From: Nitrososphaerota archaeon
GTDB taxonomy: Archaea > Thermoproteota > Nitrososphaeria > Nitrososphaerales > Gagatemarchaeaceae
DNA: 34,662 nucleotides
Assembly (NCBI GenBank): GCA_005877185.1
Contig: VBPQ01000028.1
Span: 1-34,662 of the forward strand
Direction of reading: 5' to 3'
The translations under genes and the position numbers were made by a program. Under the pieces are notes generated by a model. That model saw nothing but the letters and a program-made list of their open reading frames with translations. It was not told the DNA's origin and ran no database searches. This document shows positions 32,848-34,662 of the stretch, piece by piece. Position 1 is the first letter of the stretch; each line of letters starts with the position of its first letter.

Positions 32848-34611
32848 ATGTGCGGAATAATCGGCTGCGTGAACGACGAGGCTGTCGCGCCAATCCTGCT
32901 GCAGGGCCTGAAGAGGGTCGAATACAGGGGGTATGACTCGGCCGGCGTCGCGACTGTCTCCGAGAGCGCAATCAGAGTGAGGAAGGCAGCCGGGAGGATA
33001 GACGACATCGAAAGAAAATATGGCCTCTCCTCCTTGACCGGGACGACAGGCATCGCCCACACCCGTTGGGCGACCCACGGAGGCGTCACGGACCAGAACG
33101 CACACCCTCACACTTCGTGCAAAGAGAGGGTAGCGATAGTTCACAACGGGATAATCGAGAACTACCTGGAATTGAAGAAGCAATTGCGCGCCAAGGGACA
33201 CATCTTCAAGAGCGAGACGGACAGCGAAGTGATCGCACACCTGATAGAAGGCGAGTACCGCAAGGTCAGGGACCCTGTGAAGGCGACGATTCTGGCGGCG
33301 AAGAGACTGAAGGGGCAGTACGCTTTCGCGGCTCTCTTCCAGGACGCTCCGGAGCTGATTACCGGGGCCAGAAAAGATGCGCCCCTGCTCATCGGAGTAG
33401 GCGACACGAAGAACTTCATCGCGAGCGACGTCCTCGCCTTCATCGAGTATACAGACAGGACGATCTTTCTGGACAACCAGGAGGTGGTGAAGGTCACCAA
33501 CCGAAGCGTGGAGATCTTCGACATGAACGCAAAGCCGGTAAAGAGAAAGCCCACGCAGGTCGCATGGGAGCTTGCCGACCTCTCGAAGCAGGACTACGCG
33601 CACTATACGCTCAAGGAGATCCACGAGCAACCCAAGACGGTCGTACGCGCGATGATGCAGAACGAAGAGAAGTTGGGGGAGTTTGTTGAAAGGATTCGTG
33701 GGGCTAGGAGTGTCTTCGTCACCGCCGCCGGGACGAGCTATCACGCGGGGCTGCTCCTGAAGTATCGCCTCGAGCGGGACGCGGCGATTAGATGCGAAGT
33801 CACCCTAGCCGGTGAATTCAGGGAGCACGCAGAGTTCGTCGACGACGGCTCGGTCGTGATCGCGATCTCTCAGAGCGGGGAGACGGCGGACCTGCTCGAA
33901 GCGATAAGAGAGGCAAGAAAGAGAGGAGCGAAGATCCTCTCCCTCGTTAACGCCACGGGATCGACGCTGGCCAGGGAGAGCGACCTCACCCTACTTCTGA
34001 ACTGCGGACCGGAGGTGGGGGTGGCTGCCACGAAGAGCTTCACCGCACAAGTCGTCGTCGCGAACCTGATCGTCGATAAACTCGTCGGCAGCGGGAATGG
34101 AAGGGGTGAAGAGGTTGCTGAAATGGTCGAGGAGGCTCTCTCCACTGAGCCGACGGTCAAAGAAATCGCGAAGATGTACAGGGAGAGATCCGACTTCTAC
34201 TTCATCGGGAGGGGGTACCACTATCCCATGGCCCTTGAGGGCGCCCTGAAGATGAAGGAGCTCTCCTACATCCATGCCGAGGGGATGGCCGCGAGCGAGC
34301 TGAAGCACGGAACGCTGGCTCTGATAGAGGACGGGACCCCCGTGGTCGTCATCAACCCGAGAGGGGAGACGCACGCCGACACCCTCTCGAACGCGGAGGA
34401 GTTGAAGGCGAGGGGAGCGAGGGTGATCGGGATCTCCGATGAACCGAGCGAGGTCTACACGCACTTCGTCAAGATACCCAGGGCGAAGGAGAATCTCTCG
34501 CCAGTACTGGAGGCGATACCGCTTCAGCTGATGGCGTACTGGACGGCCGTGGAGAAGAGAAACGACCCGGACTACCCCAGGAATCTCGCGAAGTCCGTGA
34601 CGGTCAAGTGA
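32848..34611 (+). CDS. glmS: Glutamine--fructose-6-phosphate aminotransferase (isomerizing)
   Basis: N-terminal nucleophile MCGIIG, two SIS domains (SQSGETADL) and C-terminal PRNLAKSVTVK. Length 587 aa. Confidence 0.95.
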   Translation: MCGIIGCVNDEAVAPILLQGLKRVEYRGYDSAGVATVSESAIRVRKAAGRIDDIERKYGLSSLTGTTGIAHTRWATHGGVTDQNAHPHTSCKERVAIVHNGIIENYLELKKQLRAKGHIFKSETDSEVIAHLIEGEYRKVRDPVKATILAAKRLKGQYAFAALFQDAPELITGARKDAPLLIGVGDTKNFIASDVLAFIEYTDRTIFLDNQEVVKVTNRSVEIFDMNAKPVKRKPTQVAWELADLSKQDYAHYTLKEIHEQPKTVVRAMMQNEEKLGEFVERIRGARSVFVTAAGTSYHAGLLLKYRLERDAAIRCEVTLAGEFREHAEFVDDGSVVIAISQSGETADLLEAIREARKRGAKILSLVNATGSTLARESDLTLLLNCGPEVGVAATKSFTAQVVVANLIVDKLVGSGNGRGEEVAEMVEEALSTEPTVKEIAKMYRERSDFYFIGRGYHYPMALEGALKMKELSYIHAEGMAASELKHGTLALIEDGTPVVVINPRGETHADTLSNAEELKARGARVIGISDEPSEVYTHFVKIPRAKENLSPVLEAIPLQLMAYWTAVEKRNDPDYPRNLAKSVTVK

Positions 34612-34662
34612 GGCGAGACGACGAACTCCTACTTCGACGAGATTGCATCGGGATGGGAGAAG

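Noticed and set aside
1-34662. Scan for CRISPR arrays, rRNA genes and larger tandem repeats.
   Set aside because: No regularly spaced direct repeats and no rRNA-like conserved segments were seen. The only substantial repeats are the 147-bp r-protein module, the IS inverted repeats, the 15-nt pair near 20000 and the 10-mer pair at 13873.

Overview
Archaeal chromosomal segment, high GC (about 60-65% on the 60-nt lines I counted by eye), densely coded, with many GTG/TTG starts. All calls come from reading the ORF translations and the DNA by eye; no homology search was run.

Layout:
- 1-7845: a surface-glycan/nucleotide-sugar cluster. It holds two tandem GT-A glycosyltransferase paralogs, an SDR epimerase/dehydratase, nadE, a nucleotide-sugar 6-dehydrogenase, a SAM methyltransferase and a Wzx-like flippase.
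- 7905-9880: the conserved block rpoE'(Rpo7)-spt4-DUF359 (dephospho-CoA kinase)-S24e-S27ae.
- 9877-12203: an unusual two-gene operon. An HExxH protein is followed by a nucleotidyltransferase fused to a RIO/Bud32-like kinase.
- 12249-13956: an Lrp/AsnC regulator plus a lower-GC island encoding a secreted two-repeat protein.
- 13957-18811: the conserved block S6e-aIF5B-ndk-L24e-S28e-L7Ae. L24e is missing from the ORF track and I recovered it by hand. The block is interrupted between L24e and S28e by a lower-GC cassette encoding a free-standing double-motif LAGLIDADG/HTH protein.
- 18870-19996: a complete IS with perfect 19-bp inverted repeats and an 8-bp target duplication, sitting just upstream of the L7Ae promoter.
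- 20181-30144 (minus strand): one long co-directional run of gltX-GGPP synthase-IPK-mevalonate kinase-Memo-S2-enolase-rpoN-S9-L13-L18e-rpoD.
- 30295-31731 (plus strand): S13-S4-S11, divergent from rpoD.
- 31732-34611: a wHTH protein and glmS.

Most interesting observations:
- A 147-bp near-identical direct repeat gives the adjacent ribosomal proteins uL13 and uS9 the same 47-aa E/K-rich N-terminal extension.
- The LAGLIDADG cassette splits a conserved ribosomal operon, and S28e carries an abnormal 21-aa hydrophobic tail at the cassette boundary.
- The nucleotidyltransferase-kinase fusion is translationally coupled to the HExxH protein.

No rRNA, tRNA or CRISPR array could be supported.
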